From NCBI GenBank assembly GCA_905215195.1, contig CAJMPF010000001.1, positions 1 through 39,011 of the forward strand: a DNA stretch of 39,011 bases. The letters are read 5' to 3'. Below the pieces are notes generated by a model. The model was not told where the DNA came from and searched no databases. It saw nothing but the letters and a program-made list of their open reading frames with translations. Positions 37,220 to 39,011 of the stretch are shown piece after piece (position 1 is the first letter of the stretch; every line of letters begins with the position of its first letter). This DNA is from an uncultured bacterium. Lineage in GTDB: Bacteria > Actinomycetota > Coriobacteriia > Coriobacteriales > Coriobacteriaceae. The translations under genes were made by a program, and so were the position numbers.

Positions 37220-37558
37220 ATGGCAACCAAAGAAGAAATCTCGATGGTTGGATTCGAGATCGTCGCATACGCAGGTGACGCCCAGACCGATCTGCTTGCA
37301 GCGCTCGATGCTGCTCGCGAGGGTGATTTTGAGAAGGCCGAGCAGCTGCACAAGGATGCCAGCGATGCGCTCATCGGTGCCCACGACACGCAGACCAAAC
37401 TGCTTTCGCAGGAGGCCGGCGGTGGCGAGATGGAGATGACCTTCATCATGGCTCACGCTCAGGACACTCTCATGACCACTATGATCCTGGAGAAGCAGAC
37501 CCGCTTTACCATCGATGCCTATAAGCGCATCGCCGAGCTCGAGGCCAAGCTCGCCTAA
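37220..37558 (+). CDS. lacF: Lactose-class PTS EIIA
   Basis: FEIVAYAGDA, AH..QT.LL..EA, AHAQD (phospho-His); RBS AAAGGA. Confidence 0.93.
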   Translation: MATKEEISMVGFEIVAYAGDAQTDLLAALDAAREGDFEKAEQLHKDASDALIGAHDTQTKLLSQEAGGGEMEMTFIMAHAQDTLMTTMILEKQTRFTIDAYKRIAELEAKLA

Positions 37559-37783
37559 CGAGCCCTCACAACCAAGTCCCCTTCCAAAAGCTCTGCCGCT
37601 ACCCGCGACAGGGCTTTTTCCGTTCTCCTCCCCGCAACTCATCCCGAGATAGTCATTGGGGACGTTCTTAAACGACTAGTCATTGGGGACAGTCTTGGTG
37701 CGCTCCGTTCGTCCTCCCGTTCGATTTTTGCTCGGTGGGTATACTTCCTTTCGCATTAAGCCCCGGACTGAGGAGGTATCCAA

Positions 37784-38806
37784 ATGCCGGATAACGGGTC
37801 AATACAAAAAAGAGACGCGCACGAGATGGCTCATGGGCGTCCTGTCCAGATAACCGAGCACACGACGGTAACCGAGCTGCAGCCCAGTCTGTCCGATGTC
37901 GTGTGCGCAAACAAAAAGCTGCAGATTGGCTTTATCGTTGCTCTCGTGGTCCTGGCGCTGCTGTCGGGCTTTGTGGCTCGTCCGCATTTCGCCGATACCA
38001 AAACTTGGGACTCCACCATCGAGGTCATCGACCAAAAGAAGGGTAACGTTTTGGCGCTCACGGCTTCATGCGTTGCTCTATCTGCGGGTATTACGGCGCT
38101 GCCGGGTGATACGGGAACGCCGGTTGCCGAGCAGCTCGCACAGCTTTCGGGCAACCTTGGTATCGTGCTTGCCGTGCTATACCTAGAGAAATATTTGCTC
38201 ACGATTTTGTGGTCGGTTGGCCTGGGCATCTTAATCCCGTTTGCGCTGGTGCTCTTTGCGGTGTCGCTCGGCATTCACGGGCGCTGGAGCACGAGCGCTG
38301 TCCTGCGCCGTGTGGCGACGCGCGTGCTGGTGGTTGCCGTGATCGGCATGGCGTTGGTGCCCGCGAGCGTATGGGTGTCGCAGAAGGTCGATGAAACGTA
38401 TCGCGTAAGTATTGAGCAAGCTGAGCAAAAGGCTGCGGACGCGGCCGACACCACGGACAAGTCAGCCGAGACCAGCTCAAAATCGAACAAGAAAAAATCC
38501 GAGGCCACGGAGTCCAAAAACGTGCTCGAGCAGTTGACTGATGGGGCATCGAGCCTTGTTACGTCGGTGACCAGCGGCGCCAAGCAGATGACCGACGAGA
38601 TCGTGCAGCAGGTGACCAATCTGATTGAAGGCGTCATCGTGATGATCGTGACCTCGTGCGTTATCCCGCTGCTGGTGCTCGTGGCGTTCCTATGGCTAGG
38701 ACACGTGCTGCTGGGGATCGATATTTCCGGCCCGGCGAACTATTTGACGGGCCGCTTTCTGGGTGCTCCGTCCAAGCACGCCAAAAAGGGTGGGCAGTCC
38801 GAGTAA
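37784..38806 (+). CDS. Conserved hypothetical integral membrane protein
   Basis: Strong RBS GAGGAGG; several TM segments; motif ITALPGDTGTPVAEQLAQLS. Terminator at about 38840-38879. Confidence 0.75.
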   Translation: MPDNGSIQKRDAHEMAHGRPVQITEHTTVTELQPSLSDVVCANKKLQIGFIVALVVLALLSGFVARPHFADTKTWDSTIEVIDQKKGNVLALTASCVALSAGITALPGDTGTPVAEQLAQLSGNLGIVLAVLYLEKYLLTILWSVGLGILIPFALVLFAVSLGIHGRWSTSAVLRRVATRVLVVAVIGMALVPASVWVSQKVDETYRVSIEQAEQKAADAADTTDKSAETSSKSNKKKSEATESKNVLEQLTDGASSLVTSVTSGAKQMTDEIVQQVTNLIEGVIVMIVTSCVIPLLVLVAFLWLGHVLLGIDISGPANYLTGRFLGAPSKHAKKGGQSE

Positions 38807-39011
38807 CTAAAACAGCTGTATATACCGGGGAATACCGCCGAAGGGCGGCCGAGACGCGTTCTCGGTCGCCCTTTTGTTTGTTGAACACATGGTCGCTGCG
38901 TCCGCGCCCGGCTCAAACGGTCAGCAATCATCCGTGAACGGTATTTGTTCAAAAAAGAACAAAGATAAACAAATAGTTGTTGCAGTTACTGTTCGAATGT
39001 GTTCAAATAAA

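Overview
High-GC Gram-positive DNA; codon usage and gene style suggest Coriobacteriia, Collinsella-like (inference). Almost the whole window encodes galactoside and amino-sugar uptake. The left half holds a GalNAc-type mannose-class PTS operon (IIA-yajC-IIB-IIC-IID), a GntR regulator, agaS, nagA, lacX, lacC, a YhcH protein, tRNA-Thr(CGT), an orphan IIB lacking the catalytic His, galM and a DeoR/LacR regulator. The right half holds four lactose-class PTS IICB paralogs, three GH1 6-phospho-beta-galactosidases, three LacI regulators each with its own operator variant, one shared IIA, and an AT-richer insert (GntR, uncharacterised enzyme, IICB, DeoR fragment, Fic). The least explained structure is non-coding. 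Nine ~60-bp palindromic units (two alternating 25-bp cores, ~80-bp period) lie in four clusters at the module boundaries. An 11-bp CGGTRARCGGT motif recurs, mostly as pairs 21 bp apart, in seven intergenic regions. No integrase, transposase or cas gene is visible.
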